From the IMG/VR virus record IMGVR_UViG_3300041411_000178, positions 124,001 through 188,000 of that record: a stretch of DNA of 64,000 nucleotides. One strand, given 5' to 3'. The position numbers and the translations under genes were made by a program. Numbering within the stretch: the stretch's first letter is position 1; the number at the start of each line of letters is the position of its first letter. The notes below the pieces were generated by a model. That model was not told the DNA's origin. It saw only the letters and a list, made by a program, of their open reading frames with translations, and did not search any database. Positions 38,507 through 47,207 of this stretch are shown here, one piece after another.

Positions 38507-39001
38507 ATGGACCCTATTGAAATCGAAGCAGCTTTGTCTCCAATCGAGCAAGAAAACCAGGTGTTGGCCTATTTCAAAAATAACTTCACCACCAATCCTA
38601 AGAAGCTGTGCAAAATGGCTACTCGGATCTGGAACGACCAACCTGCTTTCATCCAGAAAGGTTTGTTGCAGAACATCCTGGATGCTAAAGACCCGGTCAA
38701 CATGCTGCGTGACTTTTTCCAGATGATGGATGAGTGGAAGCAGGTTGTACCTGCTCTGATAGCTGACGGCGCTCACGGTATGATCGTGGACAAGAAGAAT
38801 ACCATCTTCGGCGTTGAGATCAAAGCCAACGAGAAGTGGTTGCGTGCAAACGATTTGTGGAACCCCGACCAGGAAGCCGATATCCAGGACGAGGTCATGA
38901 AACAATGGATGGCTGATCAAGGGTTGAAACATTTCCATGGCAAGATTGTCCTTTTTGACAACTTTGGCTTTAGCGGCATGTGCCGCGAAATATTCCTCTG
39001 A
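38507..39001 (+). CDS. Unknown family member 1 (NFTTNPKKL / IADGxHG / FGFSG)
   Basis: AAGGA RBS; aligns by eye with 39012-39623 and 42601-43104. Confidence 0.75.
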   Translation: MDPIEIEAALSPIEQENQVLAYFKNNFTTNPKKLCKMATRIWNDQPAFIQKGLLQNILDAKDPVNMLRDFFQMMDEWKQVVPALIADGAHGMIVDKKNTIFGVEIKANEKWLRANDLWNPDQEADIQDEVMKQWMADQGLKHFHGKIVLFDNFGFSGMCREIFL

Positions 39002-39011
39002 GGCAGACAGC

Positions 39012-39623
39012 ATGGAATACGAATTTGATGAAAGCCTGTCGCCGTTCCGACAGGAGTTGCATGTACTGGATTGGTTCCAACGCAATTTTACAACCAATCC
39101 CAAGAAACTGAAGAAGATGAACGAACGGGTTCGTCCGAAGCTGCCAGACTGGATCCAGAAGAGCCTGTGTGACACCCTGGCGCGTTCTAGCGACCCGGTT
39201 GGGTTCATGCGTCACGCTTTCCGCGATCTCGCCGCCTACCCGGCTATCATGGAGCGTCTGATTGCCGAGGGTAACCACGGCATGATCATGATGGGTCCTC
39301 AAGTGTTCGGTTTCAGTCTCGATACTAACGAGAAGTGGCTGAATGCTGACAAGACCGGCAAGTGGCACAAAGATGATGAAAGCGACATCATCGACAAGGC
39401 TCTCCAACACTGGATGATCAAAGAACGTCGCCGTAAGGTCACGTGTCGCATTACTTTGTTCGCTGAGTTCGGTTTCTCTGGTATCCCGTTCCAAACTACG
39501 CACAGTCTCAGTGACCGTCTGTGGAATGAACTGCTTCCGCACTGGAAGAAAGAAGACGAGGCTCTGGCTAACCTGGAACTTCAGTACCTGCTAAACCCCG
39601 AGTTAAAGGAACAAGAGCAATGA
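39012..39623 (+). CDS. Unknown family member 2
   Basis: ATG 39012; NFTTNPKKLKKM, LIAEGNHG, LFAEFGFSG. Confidence 0.75.
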   Translation: MEYEFDESLSPFRQELHVLDWFQRNFTTNPKKLKKMNERVRPKLPDWIQKSLCDTLARSSDPVGFMRHAFRDLAAYPAIMERLIAEGNHGMIMMGPQVFGFSLDTNEKWLNADKTGKWHKDDESDIIDKALQHWMIKERRRKVTCRITLFAEFGFSGIPFQTTHSLSDRLWNELLPHWKKEDEALANLELQYLLNPELKEQEQ

Positions 39624-39976
39624 CTGATAAGCCACGTTTTGATTATGCAACTGCCGACATCGTAGGCGAGCGTTTGGGTGCTATCTTTAACGGACTCGAC
39701 AAAGAGCACGCCATGGCTGCTGTTGAAGAGTTCATTGATGACTACACCAACAGCATCTTTGGGCTGAGCGTGATCGATGCCTTGCGTAAGGTTAAGATGC
39801 CTGAGCAGGGTCGTTCGCAATGCATTCAGACATTGGCTAAAGGTCGTGCTGTATTGGTGTCTGCATACGGCTTTAATGTCAAGACAGACACCAAGTGCAA
39901 GTGTGGGCGGGCTTTCATTGTTCTGGATGAAATGACTCGTGAAGACCGCGATAAAGAAATGGAAAGTCTGGGGTAA
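39620..39976 (+). CDS. Hypothetical protein
   Basis: ATGA overlap; 118 aa. Confidence 0.65.
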   Translation: MTDKPRFDYATADIVGERLGAIFNGLDKEHAMAAVEEFIDDYTNSIFGLSVIDALRKVKMPEQGRSQCIQTLAKGRAVLVSAYGFNVKTDTKCKCGRAFIVLDEMTREDRDKEMESLG

Positions 39977-39981
39977 TAACC

Positions 39982-40209
39982 ATGTCCGGTGCAAAGGTTC
40001 TTAATCGGGTATGTCTTCCGATCGACTACACCAAGATTGATCCTGACGCGTTAAGCGATAACTTCCAGGACATAGAGAAACGCATGATCCGGGAGTTTAT
40101 CAAAGCACACCCTGAAATGGGGCCTATGGAACTCCAGAAGGCTCTTCTTGAAGCTAAGGGCTACGAGGTATCACACCAGGTCATCCGCGTACAACGCGAG
40201 AAGGACTGA
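39982..40209 (+). CDS. Hypothetical protein
   Basis: 75-aa ORF tiling in the operon. Confidence 0.55.
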   Translation: MSGAKVLNRVCLPIDYTKIDPDALSDNFQDIEKRMIREFIKAHPEMGPMELQKALLEAKGYEVSHQVIRVQREKD

Positions 40210-40229
40210 ACAAACAACCGAGGTGTCCA

Positions 40230-40583
40230 ATGAAAAAATCTCTTGAAGAATGCTTTAACGAAGAAATCACCCTTCAGCTTGATTCGGGCAAAACGTATTC
40301 TGTAACGCCCGTGCCGGTAGCGTCTCCTGATGGGGCTGTGTTTCTGAGCGTCAAGGATCCTGAGGACAAACACCACAGCACGCTGACGACTGTGGTTGTA
40401 CGGATGGAAGAAGGCGGGCTCGAGATGGTCATGGGTAACTTTGAACCGTCCGATGTTAAATATGACATTCCAAAGAACCGTTTTGTTCATTGGACCAATC
40501 CATTTGCTACCCGGGAAGTCCGTAAAGAACTCCTGGGCAAGCTGGCAGACAGCATTAATAAGGAAGACACTGATGAAGCCTGA
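40230..40583 (+). CDS. Hypothetical protein
   Basis: GAGG RBS; 117 aa. Confidence 0.65.
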   Translation: MKKSLEECFNEEITLQLDSGKTYSVTPVPVASPDGAVFLSVKDPEDKHHSTLTTVVVRMEEGGLEMVMGNFEPSDVKYDIPKNRFVHWTNPFATREVRKELLGKLADSINKEDTDEA

Positions 40584-41343
40584 AGAACAACCGTTTTACA
40601 TTCCTGACGAAGATGAACCCAGTGTCTTTGGTTCTTGTGTAAACGTCAGCACCATGGCTAATGGGCATCTGGCTAGCGGAAGCTTCGACCAGGAGCATTG
40701 GTATTGGCCGACCTGGCTTAAGGCAAAGAAACGTCGTCAACACCTCGAACGCTGGCGTTCCGCTAATCCTGATGCGCCGGCCCTTCACTACCCGCCGTTC
40801 TTTGATGCGGACAGTTACGAATCCATCGGTCTTAATTTGATCGTGCGGTTACGTACTGAGCTGAAGGAACCCGATTACCCAGTGTTCGCACCCACTCCTA
40901 CCATGTTCATTGGTGATACTCGCAAGATCAGTCTGCGTTGGGTGCTGCAATATGCGCGGGATAACCAGATGGATCCCAACGAAGCTGTGCTTGTTGCTGA
41001 GCATGAGCGTGATCTGGGTGGGCTAACGCTTAATAGTCAGCCTGCATGGAAGGGCCAGTGGTGGAAAGAAATCATGGAGCTGCCGGGTATCGGCTACCCT
41101 ATCTGGCGCTACAAGGATGGTCACGAAAACGTAGCCATTCCTTACCTACTCATGCCAGGTCCTTTGAGTGAATCGATCGTTATTGTTCGCGTTCACGAGA
41201 AGAACCCCAACATCTCCTACAAGCTGGTCACCATCAGACAGAAGGGTGGTGAAGTGGTCGGTGAGTTCACCGGTTACGAGGGTTTCGATCGGGTAGAGCT
41301 GGATGGTCTCCTTAAATCTTTCAGGGCGGGATTCTGGTCATGA
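40573..41343 (+). CDS. Hypothetical protein (256 aa)
   Basis: ATG 40573 after AAGGA; the longer track start overlaps the upstream gene. Confidence 0.65.
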   Translation: MKPEEQPFYIPDEDEPSVFGSCVNVSTMANGHLASGSFDQEHWYWPTWLKAKKRRQHLERWRSANPDAPALHYPPFFDADSYESIGLNLIVRLRTELKEPDYPVFAPTPTMFIGDTRKISLRWVLQYARDNQMDPNEAVLVAEHERDLGGLTLNSQPAWKGQWWKEIMELPGIGYPIWRYKDGHENVAIPYLLMPGPLSESIVIVRVHEKNPNISYKLVTIRQKGGEVVGEFTGYEGFDRVELDGLLKSFRAGFWS

Positions 41344-41495
41344 AAGGTGATGAGGAAAAACTTTCGGACCAACAGACTCAATTGGCTGGCGCGGTCAAGA
41401 AGATCCGATCCAGTTTGCCGGTAGATCTAATTGAATTCTTGAATAAAGGAAAACGTTTCCATGAAAAAGAAAAGAACGTTCGGGGTAAGTCCTAA
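41340..41495 (+). CDS. Hypothetical micro-protein (51 aa)
   Basis: ATGA overlap with the upstream stop; MKGDEEKLSDQQTQLAGAVKKIRS.. Confidence 0.4.
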   Translation: MKGDEEKLSDQQTQLAGAVKKIRSSLPVDLIEFLNKGKRFHEKEKNVRGKS

Positions 41496-42594
41496 GGGTG
41501 CACTCGTTCTTCGTGCCCGTGAAGAAGAGCGTCGTCGCAATCTTCCTCGGGTTCAAGCGACTCCAGAAGGTGGTTTGAAGCGCGTACAGCAAAATCCACT
41601 GCTGGAACTGATGGCGGAGTTTCCAATGCTCCCTCCGATCGACATCGATGTTGTTATCGATCCGAGCGTACACGCTGCGCTCGATCTCGCACTGCTGACC
41701 GTACGTGGTGGTGCGGTTGCTCGTAATAAGCTGCCGTGGAACCAGCCGTTCACTGGTAAGCATTACATTACCCATCCTGAAAACACAGATCTCCTGAAGC
41801 AAGTGACAGACCATTTGGTCAGTCCATTAAAGGTCTTTGACCCGCAGTGGGAAGGTAAGGTAATCAACGCTCCTGGAGGTGCTCCGGATAAAACGTTCCT
41901 CCTGGATCCGGGTATTACGCTTAACAGCAAGTTCAGTTGTGAACTTATTGAAAGCGATAACCAGCCGGTCAGTAATTGGTTGAACACCTGGTATCCCGGC
42001 GGCGTTTTGGCTGAACCGTTCGAGCAGCCACCGATATCACCTGCGGCGGCTCACCGTTGGAAATTGAGAATGGCCAATGCGCACGCTGAAGTAGGTCCCG
42101 ATGATAACAACTATCGGGACTACCTCGACACGATCCGTTCGTGGTATGCCGGGGATGCACCGCCCCATGAACACCGGATCTACACATCTGAAGCAAAGAT
42201 GTGCGAGAATCTGGAGAAGCTTCGGGTGTACTTCCACGACTTCAAAGAGCGTGTCGGTGTTCGCTTGCGTGGCCTTGATATCAAAATCGGTTTCGAAGTT
42301 GACGACCGGTTTAAGTTGATGGTCACGGAAGTGTTTTACCATGACCAGGCGATGCTGCTGTTGGAGGTTGTTACTACGCTCCCCAATATGCGTCCAATGG
42401 GGTTCGTGCGGTACTTCAAAGATCCTGGCACACTGAAAGCACGTAACGACTCCGAGCATGATATCTCGTGGACGTTTAATACGTTCTTCAGTGACTTCAA
42501 CGTGTTCGGTCGTGATCAGTTGGATCAGTTCCTGGACATCGTTGTGTATTGCCTTGATAAAGGCGTTCGTGAAGACATTGCGTATTTCGGGTAG
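41461..42594 (+). CDS. Hypothetical protein (377 aa)
   Basis: AAAGGA RBS; long co-oriented ORF. Confidence 0.7.
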   Translation: MKKKRTFGVSPKGALVLRAREEERRRNLPRVQATPEGGLKRVQQNPLLELMAEFPMLPPIDIDVVIDPSVHAALDLALLTVRGGAVARNKLPWNQPFTGKHYITHPENTDLLKQVTDHLVSPLKVFDPQWEGKVINAPGGAPDKTFLLDPGITLNSKFSCELIESDNQPVSNWLNTWYPGGVLAEPFEQPPISPAAAHRWKLRMANAHAEVGPDDNNYRDYLDTIRSWYAGDAPPHEHRIYTSEAKMCENLEKLRVYFHDFKERVGVRLRGLDIKIGFEVDDRFKLMVTEVFYHDQAMLLLEVVTTLPNMRPMGFVRYFKDPGTLKARNDSEHDISWTFNTFFSDFNVFGRDQLDQFLDIVVYCLDKGVREDIAYFG

Positions 42595-42600
42595 GTAACC

Positions 42601-43104
42601 ATGCAACAAGTTCCTGAAGGGGCGTATGAAGACCCCTTTGCTGATGAAGCGGTTATTCTTCAGTACTACAAGGACAACTGGCCAAAGAACCTCAAGAAAC
42701 TGAAGTCGATGGCAGTGCAGTTGTCCAAGGTGCCGGGTCAGAAGCGTTATCTGATTGAGGGTATCCTCAATTCCATCCAGCGCTCCTCTCGGCCCGATGA
42801 GTACTTGAAGGAATGCTTTAAGCAGCACGACGATTATTCTGTTTTGATCCCTGAGTTTATCGCAGAAGGTCATCACGGTATTTTGTTTGTTAATCGTGTG
42901 CTGTATCCCGTTACGGTCGTGGCCAGTAAGAGCTGGTTGCGTAAAAGCGATAAGTGGGACTTCCAACAGGAACTCGAGATCATGGAGTCCCTGGCTACGG
43001 AGTGGATGAAAGAGAACGGTAAAGTTCGTCTGGACGGGAAGATGTTGTTGTTCCCTGTATTTGGGTTCAGCGGTCTTTATCGCAAACTAACGATGGAATT
43101 GTAG
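42601..43104 (+). CDS. Unknown family member 3
   Basis: NWPKNLKKLKSM, FIAEGHHG, LFPVFGFSG. Confidence 0.7.
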   Translation: MQQVPEGAYEDPFADEAVILQYYKDNWPKNLKKLKSMAVQLSKVPGQKRYLIEGILNSIQRSSRPDEYLKECFKQHDDYSVLIPEFIAEGHHGILFVNRVLYPVTVVASKSWLRKSDKWDFQQELEIMESLATEWMKENGKVRLDGKMLLFPVFGFSGLYRKLTMEL

Positions 43105-43114
43105 GAGCAAGACA

Positions 43115-43276
43115 ATGTCCGCAATCAAGAAGGATTACAGTATCCCGTTACCAACCGATCCGATGTGGTGTCTGGCGCGTAAACCACCGGGCATCCGTAC
43201 CAAACCTCGTCCGCGTTACGAAGTACCTCTGGCTGATCCTACCAAGGCTCAGGAAGAGAAGGGGTTGTACCTGTGA
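43115..43276 (+). CDS. Pro-rich micro-protein (53 aa)
   Basis: AGGAG RBS; GTGA overlap with the next gene; not in the ORF track. Confidence 0.5.
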   Translation: MSAIKKDYSIPLPTDPMWCLARKPPGIRTKPRPRYEVPLADPTKAQEEKGLYL

Positions 43277-43491
43277 ACGAGGAACAGAAAGCCCAGTTTG
43301 AAGCGGTGGTCGAGGAAAAAGCCAAAGAAGTACTTATCGTCGGTGTCGGTATTGCGGTGGGTGCTATCAGGAACATGGTTAAAGACATTAAGTTCCGGAT
43401 GATGGACATCGAGGCTAAGGCTCAGGCTATTCCACCTCGCCATAACTCTTACACACGACGTCGTAAGAAAGGACGTAGCCAGCCTTTCTAG
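43273..43491 (+). CDS. Small basic-tailed protein, paralogue of 43502-43729
   Basis: Ends SYTRRRKKGRSQPF. Confidence 0.6.
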   Translation: MNEEQKAQFEAVVEEKAKEVLIVGVGIAVGAIRNMVKDIKFRMMDIEAKAQAIPPRHNSYTRRRKKGRSQPF

Positions 43492-43501
43492 GAGGTGCAA
43501 C

Positions 43502-43729
43502 ATGAACGAGAAACTAGAGGACCTAGAGGAAATCGTCGAGTCGGTTGAATCTGCTGAGAAAATACCCCAGAAAATTCTGTTGGTAGGGACTCATCAAGGC
43601 GCCAGTTTGGTAATGGCTAACTTGGCGAAAGATATAAGGGCCTCGATCAAAGAGGTGGTTGGTAAGTTCTCCGAGCGCCCACAGCGTTCCTATCCAAAGA
43701 AGGCCAAGAAGGGGCGCAGCCGTTCATGA
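43502..43729 (+). CDS. Small basic-tailed protein, paralogue of 43273-43491
   Basis: AGGAGG RBS; ends SYPKKAKKGRSRS. Confidence 0.65.
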   Translation: MNEKLEDLEEIVESVESAEKIPQKILLVGTHQGASLVMANLAKDIRASIKEVVGKFSERPQRSYPKKAKKGRSRS

Positions 43730-43860
43730 ACACGGTATCTGATTCGTTCCCGCCACCCGATCCAAAGGGTGCCAAAAATCCCTATCCTGGGCATTGCTAC
43801 CGGTTGCCTCCGCTTCCGGCACCACGTCCGTATCCACCACAAACACGCAAAGATAAGTAA
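43726..43860 (+). CDS. Pro-rich micro-protein (44 aa)
   Basis: ATGA overlap; MNTVSDSFPPPDPKGAKNPYPGHCYRLPPLPAPRPYPPQTRKDK. Confidence 0.45.
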   Translation: MNTVSDSFPPPDPKGAKNPYPGHCYRLPPLPAPRPYPPQTRKDK

Positions 43861-43869
43861 GGAGTAAGC

Positions 43870-44190
43870 GTGGAAACTAAACTACCTCCTTATGACAATG
43901 GCTTCTACGAGATCATGCGGAGTCATACAGACCACCCGTTTAAGCTTGTGAAGTGGCTACTTCAGGAAAGGGGTGTTGATGTTTACCCCAAGTTCGAAGT
44001 TGAGCATGCCTGCGGTGTGTACTACCTCCTGGGTCACTGGATTGCCGATCCTGTTAACTGGCACGCCAATGCCCACAAGGAACTCGAAGCATTTGAAGCA
44101 GCCCGTTGCGAAGAACTCAGGAAAACGGGAACACTAACCGAAAAAGACTTCGAGCATTACGTGGTCTACGACAGCAACAAACACCTTTAG
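43870..44190 (+). CDS. Hypothetical protein
   Basis: AAGGAG RBS, GTG start. Confidence 0.65.
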   Translation: METKLPPYDNGFYEIMRSHTDHPFKLVKWLLQERGVDVYPKFEVEHACGVYYLLGHWIADPVNWHANAHKELEAFEAARCEELRKTGTLTEKDFEHYVVYDSNKHL

Positions 44191-44200
44191 GGGGAACATC

Positions 44201-44497
44201 ATGTCTGAAGCCGAAAGCAAGCGCCGCGCCGAAGTTACTGCGTGGCTGGAAGGTCGTACAGCACAAGAGTTGTTGGGTCATGCTCAAGCACTCTTCTACA
44301 CCGCTGTTGAAACCCAAGGCGGTATCCAGGAAGTGATTGCGACCTATACGACCCCTGAGGGTGAGCGGTCGTCGTTTACGCTCCACGTCAAGGATCACGA
44401 TCTGGTAACGATGGAACTGTTCAGTCGGGTAGATACGTTAGTGCAAGAAGTAGAAGCACTGGCTAACCATATCGAGCAAATGACCGATAGCGATTAA
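44201..44497 (+). CDS. Hypothetical protein
   Basis: GGGG RBS; 98 aa. Confidence 0.65.
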   Translation: MSEAESKRRAEVTAWLEGRTAQELLGHAQALFYTAVETQGGIQEVIATYTTPEGERSSFTLHVKDHDLVTMELFSRVDTLVQEVEALANHIEQMTDSD

Positions 44498-44508
44498 CTT
44501 GTAGTCCG

Positions 44509-44525
44509 TTTCACGTCTACATTAT
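44509..44525 (+). promoter_or_regulatory. Phage early-type promoter motif (copy 5)
   Basis: TTTCACGTCTACATTAT. Confidence 0.7.
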
Positions 44526-44576
44526 TAACGCGTTAATAACACAACCGCTACATTTTGTTTTAATAAGGATACTTTC

Positions 44577-45344
44577 ATGTCCCAGCAACTTTTCGTCACC
44601 TTACAAGAAGCTCGTCGCGTCAATGCTGTTAAGCACAACCGTCCTCGTGAACTCACCCAGGCGGAACAAATCCTCCTGGCCGGTATCGAGCTGTCGAAGA
44701 AACCGAAGTACGACATCGAGGAACTCAAGGACCTCTGCAAGCTGATGCTCGACACCACCGGCGGTGAACGTCTGGCAGACAAGCTCAAAGAGGCTGTGAA
44801 CGACCCTGTGGCGATGAAGTCGCTGGTTGAGGTCTATCCTCACGTTGAGTTCTACGACGTCATCAAGGAAGGCCCAGACGCCTTCAATCCCTTCGAACGC
44901 CTGCACTACGCGAACCAGCCTTTCGAAGTGCTCCAGAACAAGGCCGCAACACTCGTCGGGTTCTTCGGATTGCTGGAACAGTTGCCAAAGGGTATCGATA
45001 CCTACATCTACACCCCTTGGACCAACATCCATGCACTGCGGGCCCACTGGGATGGCGACAAGAAACAAACCCGTTGCCTGGGTTATGCGTTGCCGGCAGC
45101 ATTGCAGAAAGCAATCACCAGCACTCTCCAAGGGCGCTGGCAGGAAAGCGTGGTGGGCTCCATCATTGCTGACGGCCTGTTCAACAACAAGAACCTGTGG
45201 GTTCGTGCACGCGTCAGCGAACCGAAGTCCGACTTCGTACTGTCGTACCACGAAGATCCGAAGTTCTCTACCTACGGCGATCGCGGTCGTATTGTGAAAG
45301 CCACCAACAAGAAAACAAACAGCACGTATTACTTCTGCGTGTAA
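44577..45344 (+). CDS. Hypothetical protein (255 aa)
   Basis: AAGGA RBS, strong codon bias. Confidence 0.75.
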   Translation: MSQQLFVTLQEARRVNAVKHNRPRELTQAEQILLAGIELSKKPKYDIEELKDLCKLMLDTTGGERLADKLKEAVNDPVAMKSLVEVYPHVEFYDVIKEGPDAFNPFERLHYANQPFEVLQNKAATLVGFFGLLEQLPKGIDTYIYTPWTNIHALRAHWDGDKKQTRCLGYALPAALQKAITSTLQGRWQESVVGSIIADGLFNNKNLWVRARVSEPKSDFVLSYHEDPKFSTYGDRGRIVKATNKKTNSTYYFCV

Positions 45345-45360
45345 CCTAAAGGGTTCGCTC

Positions 45361-45639
45361 ATGTTCAGTCCAGGTAGGCTAGAACACATGGAGTGGCGCC
45401 GCAAGGTGCTGCTCCGTGGCGAACCTGTTCTTACGGTCAAAGGTAAACTCAATCCTGACTGGGTGGACTGGTATCGCGCTACAAACAGAGTATCAGGCAA
45501 CATCGCAATAAATGCTGGTAAGAAGTTGATCCGGGAGGCAAAGGCACTTAAACAAGAGCCAGTGGTAACAGAGCCTCCAAAAACATTTCGAAAGATTAAC
45601 CCTCACCACCAACTAATGCTTTATTTCCAAACGGAGTAA
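45361..45639 (+). CDS. Hypothetical basic protein
   Basis: 92-aa ORF tiling in the operon. Confidence 0.5.
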   Translation: MFSPGRLEHMEWRRKVLLRGEPVLTVKGKLNPDWVDWYRATNRVSGNIAINAGKKLIREAKALKQEPVVTEPPKTFRKINPHHQLMLYFQTE

Positions 45640-45643
45640 AACC

Positions 45644-46027
45644 ATGTCAACAATACAACAACTCCAGGCAAGACGTATGGAAGTCCTGGACAAGATGTTT
45701 GATCCCGACACCAAGATCGTTGCTACCCCCAATCCTGATATGGTTGTGGGTATGTCTGGTCTGGCGCTCTACCTGGGTAAGGTAGACGGGATCCTGCGCA
45801 CAGGGTACGAGCAAGTCAAGCGCAACGTAATGTTCTTGCAGCACGACCTGCCCACGCCGAACGATCACTTCGAGAGTGCACTCGATGCATTCGACAAGGA
45901 TGCAAAGTCGCTGCGCATTCGAACCATCCCTGAAAAGATGGCCTTGAAACAACTGGCTGAGCAACACGAATACCGCCATAACAGCATTATGGACCTTCAG
46001 CCGCTGACCAAGCATTACATGGGCTAA
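45644..46027 (+). CDS. Hypothetical protein
   Basis: GGAG RBS; 127 aa. Confidence 0.65.
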   Translation: MSTIQQLQARRMEVLDKMFDPDTKIVATPNPDMVVGMSGLALYLGKVDGILRTGYEQVKRNVMFLQHDLPTPNDHFESALDAFDKDAKSLRIRTIPEKMALKQLAEQHEYRHNSIMDLQPLTKHYMG

Positions 46028-46065
46028 CGGATTTTATACATCGGTTACTCAATAATAATCAGGAG

Positions 46066-46560
46066 ATGTACCGCATGAAAGCAATAAAGCGTATTGGCTT
46101 CGTTTTGGTTTCCGTGATTGCACTGGCGTTTGTTGTAGCGCCTTTGTTCGCGTTGGCTAACAGCAACAACTCCAGCCCCACGTACAACGTCAACGACAAG
46201 GAGCAGAAGTTCGTCTGCGAAGCGTTCACTCGCAACACCATCGACGCTGATGGGAAGTTGACGGACAATGATCCGAAGTATGTCAAGACCACGGTACTGG
46301 AAAACAAAGAGGGTTTCACCATTAAAGCGGGTGAGGCCTTCAAGGAAAAGGTGGTGCTGGGTAACGGGATGATCGGTCCTGGTAGCAACATGGGTAGTAA
46401 TAGCCGGGCTATCTTGCAGAAGCGTAACGAGATCCCGGGTGCCCTCTACTTCATGATCTACACCTTCGACAACGAAAAAGATCCGAAAGACCGCGTTGAT
46501 CCTGCTGATTCGCCAATCAAAGATATGGTGGTTCTGGGGCAATGCAAACGCAAGCAGTAA
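46066..46560 (+). CDS. Predicted secreted/periplasmic protein
   Basis: Signal-peptide-like MKAIKRIGFVLVSVIALAFVVAPLFALA; two Cys flanking the mature domain. Confidence 0.7.
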   Translation: MYRMKAIKRIGFVLVSVIALAFVVAPLFALANSNNSSPTYNVNDKEQKFVCEAFTRNTIDADGKLTDNDPKYVKTTVLENKEGFTIKAGEAFKEKVVLGNGMIGPGSNMGSNSRAILQKRNEIPGALYFMIYTFDNEKDPKDRVDPADSPIKDMVVLGQCKRKQ

Positions 46561-46570
46561 CCTGCTGAAT

Positions 46571-46604
46571 AACCCTACAGATGCCTTAGGGTGTCTGTAG
46601 GGTT
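46571..46604 (+). terminator. Terminator-like hairpin
   Basis: AACCCTACAGATGCC-ttag-GGTGTCTGTAGGGTT. Confidence 0.65.
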
Positions 46605-46670
46605 ATGGCTATTAGCCACTTTTTATTAACACTGTGGTACTAATCTAATATACCGTTTGGGAGAATAACG

Positions 46671-47138
46671 ATGTCTAAAGTTGCAGAGCTGGTTATCCGC
46701 GAATATCCGATGGAAGTTATTGCCGCTGATACCATGGAAGATCTGTTGGGTCTGTTCGAACAATTGATCCGTTTCGAAGATGCACTCGTTAACCTGGACG
46801 TACACAAAGATCCTCTCGCTATGGCCACGACCATGGATGAGATCTTGCTTATGGTTGATCGTTGCGCCATGGCTTACATCGGTGATGACCCTGTAGCCTT
46901 CCTGATGATCGACAAGGGCGAACCTTACGCTATCGGTTCTCTGTTCGTGGCCGAAGAACACCGTGGCCAGGGTATCGGGGAACTGTTGGTCAACATGCTG
47001 CGCGATTACCACCCCAACAACGACCTCACCGTGAGCTGCCATAAAGGTAACACCCGTGCACTGGCCTTTTACGAGCGCCTGGGTTTCGTGTTCACCGAGA
47101 CCGACCTGATCATGAAAGGTGTGCTCAAAGCAGTTTGA
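46671..47138 (+). CDS. GNAT-family acetyltransferase
   Basis: Motif A LFVAEEHRGQGIGELLV and motif B NTRALAFYERLGF. Confidence 0.92.
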   Translation: MSKVAELVIREYPMEVIAADTMEDLLGLFEQLIRFEDALVNLDVHKDPLAMATTMDEILLMVDRCAMAYIGDDPVAFLMIDKGEPYAIGSLFVAEEHRGQGIGELLVNMLRDYHPNNDLTVSCHKGNTRALAFYERLGFVFTETDLIMKGVLKAV

Positions 47139-47149
47139 TTTACAGGGTT

Positions 47150-47166
47150 TTTCACATCTACATTAT
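47150..47166 (+). promoter_or_regulatory. Phage early-type promoter motif (copy 6)
   Basis: TTTCACATCTACATTAT. Confidence 0.7.
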
Positions 47167-47207
47167 TAGTGTGAATTACAATCACTGTTCTTAATGGGAG
47201 AACGACA

